Below, one piece after another: positions 9,246 through 17,997 of a stretch of 51,814 bases of DNA. Positions within the stretch are counted from its first letter, which is position 1. The number at the start of each line of letters is the position of its first letter. Below the pieces are notes generated by a model that was not told the origin of the DNA, did no database searches, and saw only the letters and a program-made list of their open reading frames with translations. This DNA is from an uncultured Chloracidobacterium sp. (GTDB lineage Bacteria > Acidobacteriota > Blastocatellia > Pyrinomonadales > Pyrinomonadaceae). The stretch lies in NCBI GenBank assembly GCA_964574785.1, contig CAZNPP010000010.1, positions 6,353-58,166 of the forward strand, in the 5' to 3' direction. A program made the translations under genes and the position numbers.

Positions 9246-10343
9246 TTAACCATTTGGCTCGTTAATGGGAAATGATCCCAAGATCTGAGTGCCAATGCCA
9301 GGCGTTGACGTGATTTCAAGACGCCCTCCTACCGCGAGAGCCCGCTCTTTCATGCCTTTCAGTCCCAGAGTCAGATTTGACGGCTGGCACATCAATGCTT
9401 GATTCATGTCAAAGCCAACACCATCGTCCTCGATACACAAGCGCAACTCCGCAGAAATCTGCTTTAACTCCAGGAATGTTTTCCTTGCTCTGGCATGCCT
9501 GGCAATATTCGTTAGGGCTTCCTGTACGATACGGAAGCAAGCTGTTTCAACCTCTGGTGGAAATCTTCGGTCACTAGAAGCAAGGCGGATGCGAATGTCA
9601 GCTTCGAGGTTCTGACGGTGGACTTGCCGATTAACATACCATCGCAAAGCTGCTCCGAGGCCGAGATCGTCGAGGAGCGAAGGGCGCAATTCTAAAGCAA
9701 GATTGCGAACCTGCTTGATCGCTTCGTCTACGGCGTCTACGTTTTCTTGAATGTGAGGTATTAAGTCCGCTTGAGTGGTCTGCTCACTCAATGACTGCAG
9801 ATTTATTCTAATAGCACTTAGCACTTGGCCAATCTCGTCATGCAACTCCCTCGCTATGCGTTTGCGTTCGGACTCCTGAGCCTCGACCAGTCGTCTTGAA
9901 TAACTCCTTAGTTCCTCTTCGGCGTGCTTCTGCTCGGTAATATCTTCCGCAACACCGGCAATCCCATAGACTTTGCCCTCGCTATTACGGATAGAAAACG
10001 CCCGGTCTCGTATCCAGCGTACGAAACCATCGGGACGCAAGATACGATATTCGTGGGTCTGAAGGACCCCACTCGCACGTTGGTCCATCATTCTGGCAAC
10101 GAGCTCCTGATCGTCGGGATAAACATAATTGAGAAATGAGCTGAGTTGGGCATAAATCCCTTCTGGAGAGCGTCCCAAGATTGACTCGAAAGCTTGGTTG
10201 ACGTAAAGAGTGTTCTGATATTCAGCATCCACAATCCAGAGCACGTCCTGCACATTTTCTGCAATTTGACGAAACCTCTCTTCGCTTTCGCAGAGTGCAT
10301 CTTCGATGCGCTTGTGCTCAGCAGTGGCGGTGCGGGTAGACAT
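9246..10343 (-). CDS. Cytoplasmic PAS-domain sensor histidine kinase (HisKA_3 + HATPase_c)
   Basis: No TM helix. PAS-like N-terminus (FRQIAENVQDVLWIVD...GVAEDITEQK). H-box IARELHDEIGQVLSAI. ATPase motifs DDGVGFD and GLKGMKERALAVGGRLEI. Convergent with the NarL-type regulator, 8 nt apart. Confidence 0.85.
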   Translation of the reverse strand: MSTRTATAEHKRIEDALCESEERFRQIAENVQDVLWIVDAEYQNTLYVNQAFESILGRSPEGIYAQLSSFLNYVYPDDQELVARMMDQRASGVLQTHEYRILRPDGFVRWIRDRAFSIRNSEGKVYGIAGVAEDITEQKHAEEELRSYSRRLVEAQESERKRIARELHDEIGQVLSAIRINLQSLSEQTTQADLIPHIQENVDAVDEAIKQVRNLALELRPSLLDDLGLGAALRWYVNRQVHRQNLEADIRIRLASSDRRFPPEVETACFRIVQEALTNIARHARARKTFLELKQISAELRLCIEDDGVGFDMNQALMCQPSNLTLGLKGMKERALAVGGRLEITSTPGIGTQILGSFPINEPNG

Positions 10344-10489
10344 CGTGTTTCACTGTGCCTTTTGCGCTATACGATGAGAATTGCGACGTTCAGGCGTCGG
10401 TTTTCTCCCACCGCAGAGGCCGGAAATAATATAGAAGTAAAAGCCATCGAATTGAGAATCGGCAACTAATGAAGGACGAGGTGAAGAAC

Positions 10490-10936
10490 TTACTGATTAG
10501 ACGGCACTGCCTTCCTCCCATCCATCAACTCTGGCGTAATGCGGTAGAGCGCAATAGTGTTCGAGCGCCCCCAGGCATCAACTTGTGTTGCGCTCAAAGC
10601 CGGCGTCAAAGTTGGATTGCGTTGGGTGATGAGTTGCATTGCTCGTTCCATATCCTCTGCCGCAGTAAGTTTTTGTGCCTGACCGATTATCACCACACTC
10701 TGCCAATCACGAGGATCGCTCACTTCTTCAGCTTGAAAGCAGACTTGGGGGTTGGCTTCAATAAAATCGGTTTTCATTCCTTCCGTTGTGAAAAGGTAGA
10801 TGTGCTGCCCATCATAAGCATAGTTCATTGGAAGCACGTAAGGACGACCCTCGCGAGCACAGCCAAGATGTCCAAAACTTGCGCGAGACAGTAGCGCTTG
10901 CATCTCTTCCGGTGTCATGTCTTCGACTCTAACCAT
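10490..10936 (-). CDS. Pyridoxamine 5'-phosphate oxidase-fold (FMN-binding split-barrel) family protein
   Basis: 148 aa. The pattern FGHLGCAREGRPYVLPMNYAYDGQHIYLFT...VCFQAEEV is typical of this family. It is a clear paralogue of 48648..49175. Confidence 0.7.
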   Translation of the reverse strand: MVRVEDMTPEEMQALLSRASFGHLGCAREGRPYVLPMNYAYDGQHIYLFTTEGMKTDFIEANPQVCFQAEEVSDPRDWQSVVIIGQAQKLTAAEDMERAMQLITQRNPTLTPALSATQVDAWGRSNTIALYRITPELMDGRKAVPSNQ

Positions 10937-10960
10937 CGAATATCTTTCAACGAAGCCTAT

Positions 10961-12082
10961 TTAGATATAGCGCCAGTATTTTTCGTGTATTCGTTTTGCC
11001 CAACCCCAGAAACGTCCCTGGCGAACCGTTGCTGGCTTGTCCTCCCAGAGCGCTTTATGCAGAAATATTGTATCAGCGCCGCCTTCATCAATCACCAGCA
11101 TAATTTCATGATTGTATGTGGCTTTGCGCCCGGTCCCTTTTATTTCAGCGGCAAGATTTTCAGCAGCCACTTCTGCTTGATGTACTGCCATGTGCCCAAG
11201 TTTTGGTCCCGGGAATCCAACACAATCACCGGCAGCGTAGATACGGTCCGCTCCTTGGACTTTCATCTCCTGATCTACTCTTATGTAGTCTTCATCGTCC
11301 GCTATTCCTGCACTTCTTGCAACACTTGAACCGCGGAATGGCGGTAGCAACATCAATAACCGATGCTTTATTGCCAGCCCTTCGTCGGTCATCACCATTC
11401 CCGGTGTAATTGTTTCAATTTTGAAGTCGGGTATGAACTCGATATTGTGGCCCTCCATAGCGTCACGCAAAGCGATGGCAATATTGCCATCGCCAAATTG
11501 AAGTCCAGGAGGCTCGGGACTGACAATCGTTATGCGTGCTTGTTTGCGTTGCCCGCTCTTTTCTAACAAGCGTGATAGAGCGAATGCGGTTTCGTAAACC
11601 GGAACCGGCAATCGTGCCCCAGGGCACTGGCCGATGACTGCTCGTCCAGCACTAAAGTCAGAAACTGCAACCCCGAACCTAAGCGCTGCGTCTTCGCTCA
11701 AAAGGTGGTGAGAATGCTCGAAGAACCCTGTCACTCTTTCGGAAGCAAGGCGCCGGCCCATTGCGCAGAAAAGAAAATCGTAGGAGATTTTTCCCTCAAC
11801 CTCTCCATGAGCCGTTATGACGTGTCTGGTTTCGGGATCAATGCGAGCAACCTCTGCCTCAATGAATTGAACCTGATGGCTGAGTAAAATTTCACGGAGG
11901 TCGGAGGTGACGTCATCTGAACGACACTTTCCGAATGCCAGTCGCACTAAAGCTGGGTAGAAGATAAATTTGTTGCTGCGAGAGATGAGCGTGATTTGGT
12001 GCTCTCTACCCAAACTCTTGCTCAACGTTTCAGCGGCAACAACGCCACCAAATCCGCCGCCTATGATTACAATCCTGGCCAT
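10961..12082 (-). CDS. NAD(P)/FAD-dependent oxidoreductase of the SQR / NDH-2 type
   Basis: N-terminal IVIIGGGFGGVVAA (GxGxxG). A second dinucleotide region is present. C-terminal IYAAGDC flavin motif. 373 aa. Confidence 0.8.
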   Translation of the reverse strand: MARIVIIGGGFGGVVAAETLSKSLGREHQITLISRSNKFIFYPALVRLAFGKCRSDDVTSDLREILLSHQVQFIEAEVARIDPETRHVITAHGEVEGKISYDFLFCAMGRRLASERVTGFFEHSHHLLSEDAALRFGVAVSDFSAGRAVIGQCPGARLPVPVYETAFALSRLLEKSGQRKQARITIVSPEPPGLQFGDGNIAIALRDAMEGHNIEFIPDFKIETITPGMVMTDEGLAIKHRLLMLLPPFRGSSVARSAGIADDEDYIRVDQEMKVQGADRIYAAGDCVGFPGPKLGHMAVHQAEVAAENLAAEIKGTGRKATYNHEIMLVIDEGGADTIFLHKALWEDKPATVRQGRFWGWAKRIHEKYWRYI

Positions 12083-12135
12083 GACTTTTCCTTTTTTTGC
12101 AGGCTCGGTGGCCGAAGTGGACAGATGGTGCTGCT

Positions 12136-12183
12136 CCTGCCCCTGCCTCCCGCCCCTGCCTCCTGCCCCTGCCTCCTGCCCCT
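12136..12183. repeat. 13-bp tandem repeat CCTGCCCCTGCCT, about 3.7 copies (G-rich on the transcribed minus strand)
   Basis: Units lie at 12136-12148, 12149-12161 (one substitution), 12162-12174 and, partially, 12175-12183. The last unit overlaps the stop codon of the 8-haem cytochrome gene. Confidence 0.8.
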
Positions 12184-13750
12184 ATTTCTTCGGGTGGCAT
12201 TCAGCACATTTAAACCTGGAAATATCACCAAGATTTATCGGATGTACAAAAGGTCCGATACCTTTATGACAAAACCCACAGTCCTGCTCTGAAAACCCAC
12301 CTATATCAACAGGATGTTGGAATGAAGCTGTCTTCTCAGGAACTGCGGCCGAGTCTTCAAGCACCTCATGGCAGATGTTGCAATCATTTCGCACGACCTT
12401 GCCGGTCTTGCTCACGTGCTCGCCATCATGACAGCGAAAACACCCCGAAGAGTACAGGTGCCCGATGTTGTTTGGGTGCGTCTGCCAGTCGGTCTTCATC
12501 TCCGGGAAAAAATAGGTCTGGTAGATTCGCTGGACCTCAGTTATTGCCTGTTCAATATTCTCCCGCTTCTGCGCATAAATCTCGCTATAGTTGGCGCGAT
12601 AAAAGTTATCTAAACCGCTTGCGATAGATTTTACGGCCTCTTCAGTTGTGTTGTAAGGTCGGGTTAACAATTCAACTCCTTGCCGCTTCAAATATGGTAG
12701 TGAAGTATCAAGCTTACCTGCAACGAACGCCTGGTCAAGAGCTGTGTCGGGAGGCAAATAGATATGAGCAGGGCGATTGTGACAATCGACACAGTCCATG
12801 CGACGTTTTGGGGCGCTGGCAATTTGTTCCGGGCTGAGCGGCCTGTGCTTGTCAAAGTATTCAGTTACGTTTCCGTTCCTATCCTTAATGCTCATCCAGG
12901 GAATTACCTGACGCTGATCGTCGATTGAGATATAAGTAACTTCGTTGGCGATGTTCATGTGCCAGTGGATCCCGGCAACATGTCCTGTAGCGGGACTTCC
13001 GCCGCCAACGTTGATGAGCATTCGTGTCCGACGTAGTGTGTTCTGTTCATCATACGCATAGCGATTAAATACTTTGAGTTGTGCTCCAAAAAATTTTTCG
13101 GGCCAATGACATTGTTCACACGTATCTTGTGCCGGTCTAAGGTTGTGTACCGGTGTTGTTATCGGGCGGGAGTATTTGTTGAAAGTAACTGAGTATAACT
13201 GGTAAGCACCGGAAAGTTTTGAGCGCGCGTACCAACCGGCGCCTGGTCCAACGTGACAATCAACGCAGCGCACTCGTGCATGCGGGGATGCGAGATAAGC
13301 GGTGAGTTCCGGTTTCATTACCGAATGGCAAGTCTCTCCACAAAAGGCTACCGATTCGGTATATTCGTACGCTCTGTAGCTGCCAAAAGCGCTGGCGAAA
13401 AGAAATATAAAACTAACAACAGAGAAAACCAATAGTCCACGGCGACTTTGAGGATCGTTCAAATCAAGCTTTGGATAAGCCAGTATTTCGTCTGGCGAGA
13501 GTTGTCGTCGTCGTCTCCGCTCAACCAGCATACCGGCAACCACGACTGTTATCCCGAAGATCATGACTGCGGGAAAAATGATGTAAGCAAGAATTCCTAA
13601 ATAGGGATTCTCAGCACTCGCGGTAATCTCAATCAAAACCAGAAGTAGAGTGCTCGCGAGGCTCGCAGCCACTATTGCGGCGCCTGCAAAGCTGATGTAG
13701 TTGCGGAAAAGACTAGGGGTTTTCGAAACCTGAGTTGTTTCTTCGCTCAT
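12182..13750 (-). CDS. Membrane-anchored octahaem c-type cytochrome with a NapC/NirT-like core (ImcH-like)
   Basis: 522 aa with three N-terminal hydrophobic helices. Eight CXXCH motifs: CGETCH, CVDCH, CEQCH, CVDCH, CFRCH, CNICH, CGFCH, CAECH. The first four show NapC/NirT-like spacing. The ImcH assignment is architectural only. Confidence 0.8.
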   Translation of the reverse strand: MSEETTQVSKTPSLFRNYISFAGAAIVAASLASTLLLVLIEITASAENPYLGILAYIIFPAVMIFGITVVVAGMLVERRRRRQLSPDEILAYPKLDLNDPQSRRGLLVFSVVSFIFLFASAFGSYRAYEYTESVAFCGETCHSVMKPELTAYLASPHARVRCVDCHVGPGAGWYARSKLSGAYQLYSVTFNKYSRPITTPVHNLRPAQDTCEQCHWPEKFFGAQLKVFNRYAYDEQNTLRRTRMLINVGGGSPATGHVAGIHWHMNIANEVTYISIDDQRQVIPWMSIKDRNGNVTEYFDKHRPLSPEQIASAPKRRMDCVDCHNRPAHIYLPPDTALDQAFVAGKLDTSLPYLKRQGVELLTRPYNTTEEAVKSIASGLDNFYRANYSEIYAQKRENIEQAITEVQRIYQTYFFPEMKTDWQTHPNNIGHLYSSGCFRCHDGEHVSKTGKVVRNDCNICHEVLEDSAAVPEKTASFQHPVDIGGFSEQDCGFCHKGIGPFVHPINLGDISRFKCAECHPKK

Positions 13751-13778
13751 TTATTTCCTTCGTTACAGAAGTATTGTA

Positions 13779-15725
13779 TTAGTCAGCCTTACTAACTGAG
13801 CCCCCATCTAGATCGAGTTCCGAAGATTCGGCAACTAGCGCTTGCTCTTCACTCGCTTTGCGTTGCTCCTCGATTAGTTGTTCATAATGAAGTTCGTGCT
13901 CTTCCTTATAATGTTCTTCGGATTCTCGGCCGTCGTAAAACGCCCAATTGATCGGGTAAACGTCAGGATCAAAGATCACATGGTAGAAGTGCCAAACAAC
14001 GATTGCCAGCGTAGCCAAAACGGCTTCATAGAAGTGTATTGCGAGGGCAACATCAAGCCACCAGCGTGGCAGAAATCCAAAAACTCCTAGCTTGAACCAT
14101 AGCACCAGCCCGGTGATGGCCATGATGATCGTGCCCCATACTACGGCCCAATATTCTGCTTTTTCAGGATAACCAAAGCGAGCCAGCTTTGGTTTTTGCT
14201 TTTTAATGCCGAGATAGTAGCCGACATTCTGAAGGAGATCCCGAACATCTTTCCCTTTGGGTAGCATGTCTCTGAGCCAGGATTTACCCTCCTTTGCCAG
14301 TAGCAGGTAAGCGATGTGATAAACGCCTGCAACCATCATGACCACGGCGGCAACACGATGCGAAATTCTCCGAATAGCTTCGCTTGAACCAAGCAGCCAC
14401 GCGAACCACGAATCCGGATATTGAAGAGCAAAACCGGAGATGACAAGCACAATGAAACTGGAGAGTAGTAGCCAGTGTTGTATTCGCTGGTTCGTTGTTA
14501 GACGAACGATAGTACGTCCTGGATGAAGCCGCTTAGCGTGAGCCTTCTTACGCCAGATCAAGGCGTTGTGAATCACCATTCCACCAATTACAAGAAAGAT
14601 CAGCGGGAGGTAGATTCGCCGCACCCATGTAGTACCTATAGTGGCCATGTCAGCACTGGTGACTTCAGGACCATAAAGATGAATCCTACCTTGCGCGAAA
14701 TTGTCTCCAGCCCCTGGATGACACTGACCACAAGTTTGGGCAAGGTTCTTTGCATGGATCATTGACGCTGGATCGGAGGACGGCAAAATATTGTGAACTC
14801 CGTGGCAACTTGCGCAGTTCGCCACAGTCTTTGAGCCAAGTCTGGATGCCAAGCCGTGATAACTGTCTTTGTAGCTGCTGACACGACCAGCAGCCACGCC
14901 AAACTCTGTCGTCAGAGTGACTCCAGCATGACATTGCTCACAACTAGTCGATGCGATCCTTTGGGTTGCCGTTCTTGTACCCGGTTCCAACGGTGAAATA
15001 ATGCTGTGAATACCATGGCAGTCGGTACAGCCCGGTGAACGGGATACTCCACGAGCTACCGCCTTTCCGTGGACACTCTGGTTGAACTCAGCAGCTATAC
15101 TGGCATGACAAGTTCCACATGTTGCGGAAATACGGGGCTTGAAGATCAATGATTCAGGATCCGAAGCCGGCAAGATGTCATGGCTGTTGTGACAATCGGT
15201 ACAAACTGCGGCAGAGAGGTTGCCATGAGCAACGGCACGAGCGTGCACACTCTCCTGATAAGAAAGAAAGGGCCGGTCACTGATGTCCGTTCCTCGCATT
15301 ACAGCGGAATCACCGTGACACTTCCCACAGGTAACAGCAAGGTTGGCGCGGTGTATGGGCGATTTTGGGTCTGATGCTGGTAGTAAAGTCGTTAGATCCC
15401 CATTGATTGCGTGGCAATCCACACACGTTGCGGCCTTCCTTCCATTTTGCAGTGCTCGTGCATGGAAACCGCGATCATAAGAGTTATGCACATCTGCATG
15501 GAACAACGCACCGCCAAGGTAAGGGAGCACCCTGCCGCCAGCATGGCAGCCCTGGCATTCAAGTTTTGCCCTTGATGGGTCCGGTTGCTTTCGATCATCA
15601 CTTTGCTGCAGCGTAGAACCTGCTAAGCCTCCGGGACTGGGGGCGGATGTTTGGCCTGGAGACTGATAGAGGAGGCAAACTGTCAATAAGATTGCGAATG
15701 CAGTGCTAAAGACATACTTTTTCAT
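13779..15725 (-). CDS. Nonahaem c-type cytochrome fused to a C-terminal multi-helix b-type cytochrome domain (CbcL-like)
   Basis: 648 aa with a signal peptide. Nine CXXCH motifs: CQGCH, CVDCH, CGKCH, CTDCH, CGTCH, CTDCH, CEQCH, CASCH, CGQCH. Five hydrophobic helices with conserved His follow (IQHWLLL, SHRVAAVVMMVAGVYHIAY, IHFYEAVLATLAIVVWHFYH). Confidence 0.8.
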   Translation of the reverse strand: MKKYVFSTAFAILLTVCLLYQSPGQTSAPSPGGLAGSTLQQSDDRKQPDPSRAKLECQGCHAGGRVLPYLGGALFHADVHNSYDRGFHARALQNGRKAATCVDCHAINGDLTTLLPASDPKSPIHRANLAVTCGKCHGDSAVMRGTDISDRPFLSYQESVHARAVAHGNLSAAVCTDCHNSHDILPASDPESLIFKPRISATCGTCHASIAAEFNQSVHGKAVARGVSRSPGCTDCHGIHSIISPLEPGTRTATQRIASTSCEQCHAGVTLTTEFGVAAGRVSSYKDSYHGLASRLGSKTVANCASCHGVHNILPSSDPASMIHAKNLAQTCGQCHPGAGDNFAQGRIHLYGPEVTSADMATIGTTWVRRIYLPLIFLVIGGMVIHNALIWRKKAHAKRLHPGRTIVRLTTNQRIQHWLLLSSFIVLVISGFALQYPDSWFAWLLGSSEAIRRISHRVAAVVMMVAGVYHIAYLLLAKEGKSWLRDMLPKGKDVRDLLQNVGYYLGIKKQKPKLARFGYPEKAEYWAVVWGTIIMAITGLVLWFKLGVFGFLPRWWLDVALAIHFYEAVLATLAIVVWHFYHVIFDPDVYPINWAFYDGRESEEHYKEEHELHYEQLIEEQRKASEEQALVAESSELDLDGGSVSKAD

Positions 15726-15765
15726 TGTGCTCTCGAGTCAGTTCAAGTACAGCAAAACGCAGGAA

Positions 15766-15843
15766 CTCCTATGTCGCCTCTGAAGCACATCAGCGACATA
15801 GGAGAATTTAGAATAACGGTAGGCCCAAATGGAAAAGGGGCCT
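15766..15843 (-). terminator. Two stem-loops downstream of the monohaem cytochrome c gene (putative terminator or processing region)
   Basis: A perfect 12-bp inverted repeat CTCCTATGTCGC / GCGACATAGGAG lies at 15766-15777 / 15793-15804. A 6-bp stem AGGCCC / GGGCCT lies at 15821-15843. The T-runs on the minus strand are only modest. Confidence 0.4.
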
Positions 15844-15878
15844 AAAGATCACGAGCTTAATGAAGGAACCGACTAATC

Positions 15879-16223
15879 TTATTCGCCAGCTGAAGCCTTC
15901 AACTGCTTCATGTAAGTTACCAGTTCCTTAGCCTGATCGGCATTGACACCTTTGGTTTGGTACTCGGGCATATGAGGAGGCTTCTCGACCTTCTTTCCCT
16001 TCAGAACGGTTTCAATGAGCTGCTCATCAGGTAAGCTGGCATCAAACTTCTTTTCGGCCTTAGCGCCATGACAGGCAAAGCACTTCCCCTTATAGAATGT
16101 CGCTGCGTCCTGCGCTTGAGCGTTACCTACAGTTGCTCTGGGAAAGACGCTGAAAAGCATGAAGGCTAACAAGGACATGACAAGAACGGTTGCGAATATC
16201 TTTATCATTTTGAAGGTGACCAT
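15879..16223 (-). CDS. Monohaem class-I cytochrome c, membrane- or signal-anchored
   Basis: 114 aa with an N-terminal hydrophobic helix. Single CFACH motif and a distal PPHMPEY segment that could supply the Met ligand. Confidence 0.8.
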   Translation of the reverse strand: MVTFKMIKIFATVLVMSLLAFMLFSVFPRATVGNAQAQDAATFYKGKCFACHGAKAEKKFDASLPDEQLIETVLKGKKVEKPPHMPEYQTKGVNADQAKELVTYMKQLKASAGE

Positions 16224-16395
16224 GGGTGATTCAATCTTCCTTTTTCGAAGTCGGAACGTCTACTTTTAACGTCCACCTACGGTCGACTGCGCAATGTTCG
16301 TGCCGCACCAGAACCCTCAAAGATCTAACAATTAACTCGTAAGTCTAGCTATTGTTCAGCTTAAGCGCGATGACACTTGCGGATTTTGCCCAAAC

Positions 16396-16417
16396 GCCTG
16401 CGAAAGTTTTCGCAGGC
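16396..16417 (-). terminator. Stem-loop GCCTGCGAAA-GT-TTTCGCAGGC downstream of the c3-like gene
   Basis: Perfect 10-nt complementary arms. It is flanked by TTTTGGG on the plus side and GTTTGGG on the minus side. It lies 21 nt after the stop at 16438. Confidence 0.45.
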
Positions 16418-16437
16418 TTTTGGGCTCCGTTGCTTTC

Positions 16438-17079
16438 TTAAGCCGCGCTCCGCTTGTGGCAAGCAGTGCATTTCTTGGTTGTTGGGGGATTTACGTCCGT
16501 TCTGTTTCTTGCCACCTCGTCGTGACACCCGGCGCAATTGCGGTGATAAGCCTGCTGGTTTGTCAGTGAGATCATCGCAGTTCCCACTTCGAACTTCATC
16601 TCAGGAATAGCCGGTAATAGCTTTGGTGTCTCGCCAGCACGAGAATGACAGTTGCGACAGGCAGCTACCCCAGCCTGTTCAGGATTCTTCTCCAATAGCT
16701 CTGCAGTCAAAGTAGTTGTGCGATCGGCAGGCCACGCAGTCTTGAGTGGTGGATGCTTGGCTACTTCTTCTTGCGGCTGGGCCGTGTGGTGACACTCAAT
16801 ACACTCCATCGGTCCGCGCGAATCCAAGGTGTAATTTTTCGTTGTATGATTGATGTGGCTAAAAGTAACTGCACCTAGCTTCGCTTCCGCCGACAGCTTG
16901 TAAGTATTCTCGGGCTTCTGTGCGGTTTGGATTGCTTCAGGCTTCGGCTCCAACCCGATTTTTGCCGCGCTTGGTGCGAAGATCAGTCCAATACCGAAGA
17001 CCGAGATTGCAAGAAATTTGATTGGTTTCACGACTCCCTCCTTTATCGGTTCCGTCCGCATATTATTGTTCTGAAACAT
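16438..17079 (-). CDS. Tetrahaem cytochrome c3-like protein
   Basis: Four CXXCH motifs (CIECH, CRNCH, CAGCH, CTACH) plus the FSHINH pattern of class III cytochromes. The ORF extends to 17172, but the ATG at 17079 forms a TGATG overlap with the upstream stop and precedes the signal-like helix. An alternative start is 17061. Confidence 0.8.
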   Translation of the reverse strand: MFQNNNMRTEPIKEGVVKPIKFLAISVFGIGLIFAPSAAKIGLEPKPEAIQTAQKPENTYKLSAEAKLGAVTFSHINHTTKNYTLDSRGPMECIECHHTAQPQEEVAKHPPLKTAWPADRTTTLTAELLEKNPEQAGVAACRNCHSRAGETPKLLPAIPEMKFEVGTAMISLTNQQAYHRNCAGCHDEVARNRTDVNPPTTKKCTACHKRSAA

Positions 17080-17990
17080 CAAAACTGCCAGGTCTTTCCT
17101 GTATGGCATCGGGTGCAAACAGAAAAATCGTCGCCTCCGAAAGCCTTCGTGCCATTGTGGCACGTAATACAACTCTGAGTCCTCCCCGAAGCATGATGTT
17201 GCGCTGCCTCCGGCGAAGTCACTTGTCGCCGCTGTGGTTGTCCAGCGCGTATCAGATGGCAGTCATTACAGTTCAGTTTCTGAGTGGAAGAATGATTTCT
17301 ATGGCTGAAGCTCATGTTAAAGGCCCGTCTCAATACCGGTGTGCGTGTATATCTTCCCAGTTGGTGGCAGGTGCCACAAGAGGAAATATCTCGTCCCTGC
17401 GCCCGAGCACGCGGCGTATGACAACGGTAGCAGGTAGTATGGGCACTAAAGCTAACGGGAATCGAGAAAGCAACTCCACCTCTTGAAGGCCTGTGGCAGG
17501 TTGCACAAGTCACACCTGACATCCCCATGTGACGAGCATGATCAAAATTTACTCGGAAGCTTCTCATTCGAGGGAATGGCTTGAGCGCGCCTGAGGACGC
17601 ATCAGTGTGACAAATTGCACACATTGGGCTCTCGGAGTGAGCGAACTGTTGTGAATGGCAACCAGCGCAGGGCAAATGACCAGATCCTGGCATGGCTGGA
17701 CGGGGAGCATTGGTCTCCCGTCGATGGCACAAAAGACAGGGGAGGCGAGCATGGTGGGCGCTGCCGTGGAAGAAACGTGAGTAATCACTCTGAGCCATCA
17801 TTTCGTTAATAGATGTCAACGGAGAATCCTCAACTGGGACAGGGCTCGAGACTGACGAGTTCGTTGCCGAGTTCCCCCCAGGCGAGCATGATAGACAGAT
17901 GATCACTATTGAGCCAACTAGACTTCCGAGCCGAGTCAGCAGTGATACTGAATCATGATTCCGTGAAGGTTTTTGGCGCGTTCGAACCAT
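17079..17990 (-). CDS. Nonahaem c-type cytochrome lipoprotein (three c7-like trihaem units)
   Basis: 303 aa. Lipobox-like IICLSC after a hydrophobic stretch. Nine CXXCH motifs: CLLCH, CAGCH, CAICH, CATCH, CYRCH, CGTCH, CNDCH, CITCH, CTRCH. They fall into three groups, each preceded by an F.H..H-type segment. Confidence 0.85.
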   Translation of the reverse strand: MVRTRQKPSRNHDSVSLLTRLGSLVGSIVIICLSCSPGGNSATNSSVSSPVPVEDSPLTSINEMMAQSDYSRFFHGSAHHARLPCLLCHRRETNAPRPAMPGSGHLPCAGCHSQQFAHSESPMCAICHTDASSGALKPFPRMRSFRVNFDHARHMGMSGVTCATCHRPSRGGVAFSIPVSFSAHTTCYRCHTPRARAQGRDISSCGTCHQLGRYTRTPVLRRAFNMSFSHRNHSSTQKLNCNDCHLIRAGQPQRRQVTSPEAAQHHASGRTQSCITCHNGTKAFGGDDFSVCTRCHTGKTWQF

Positions 17991-17997
17991 GAACGGT

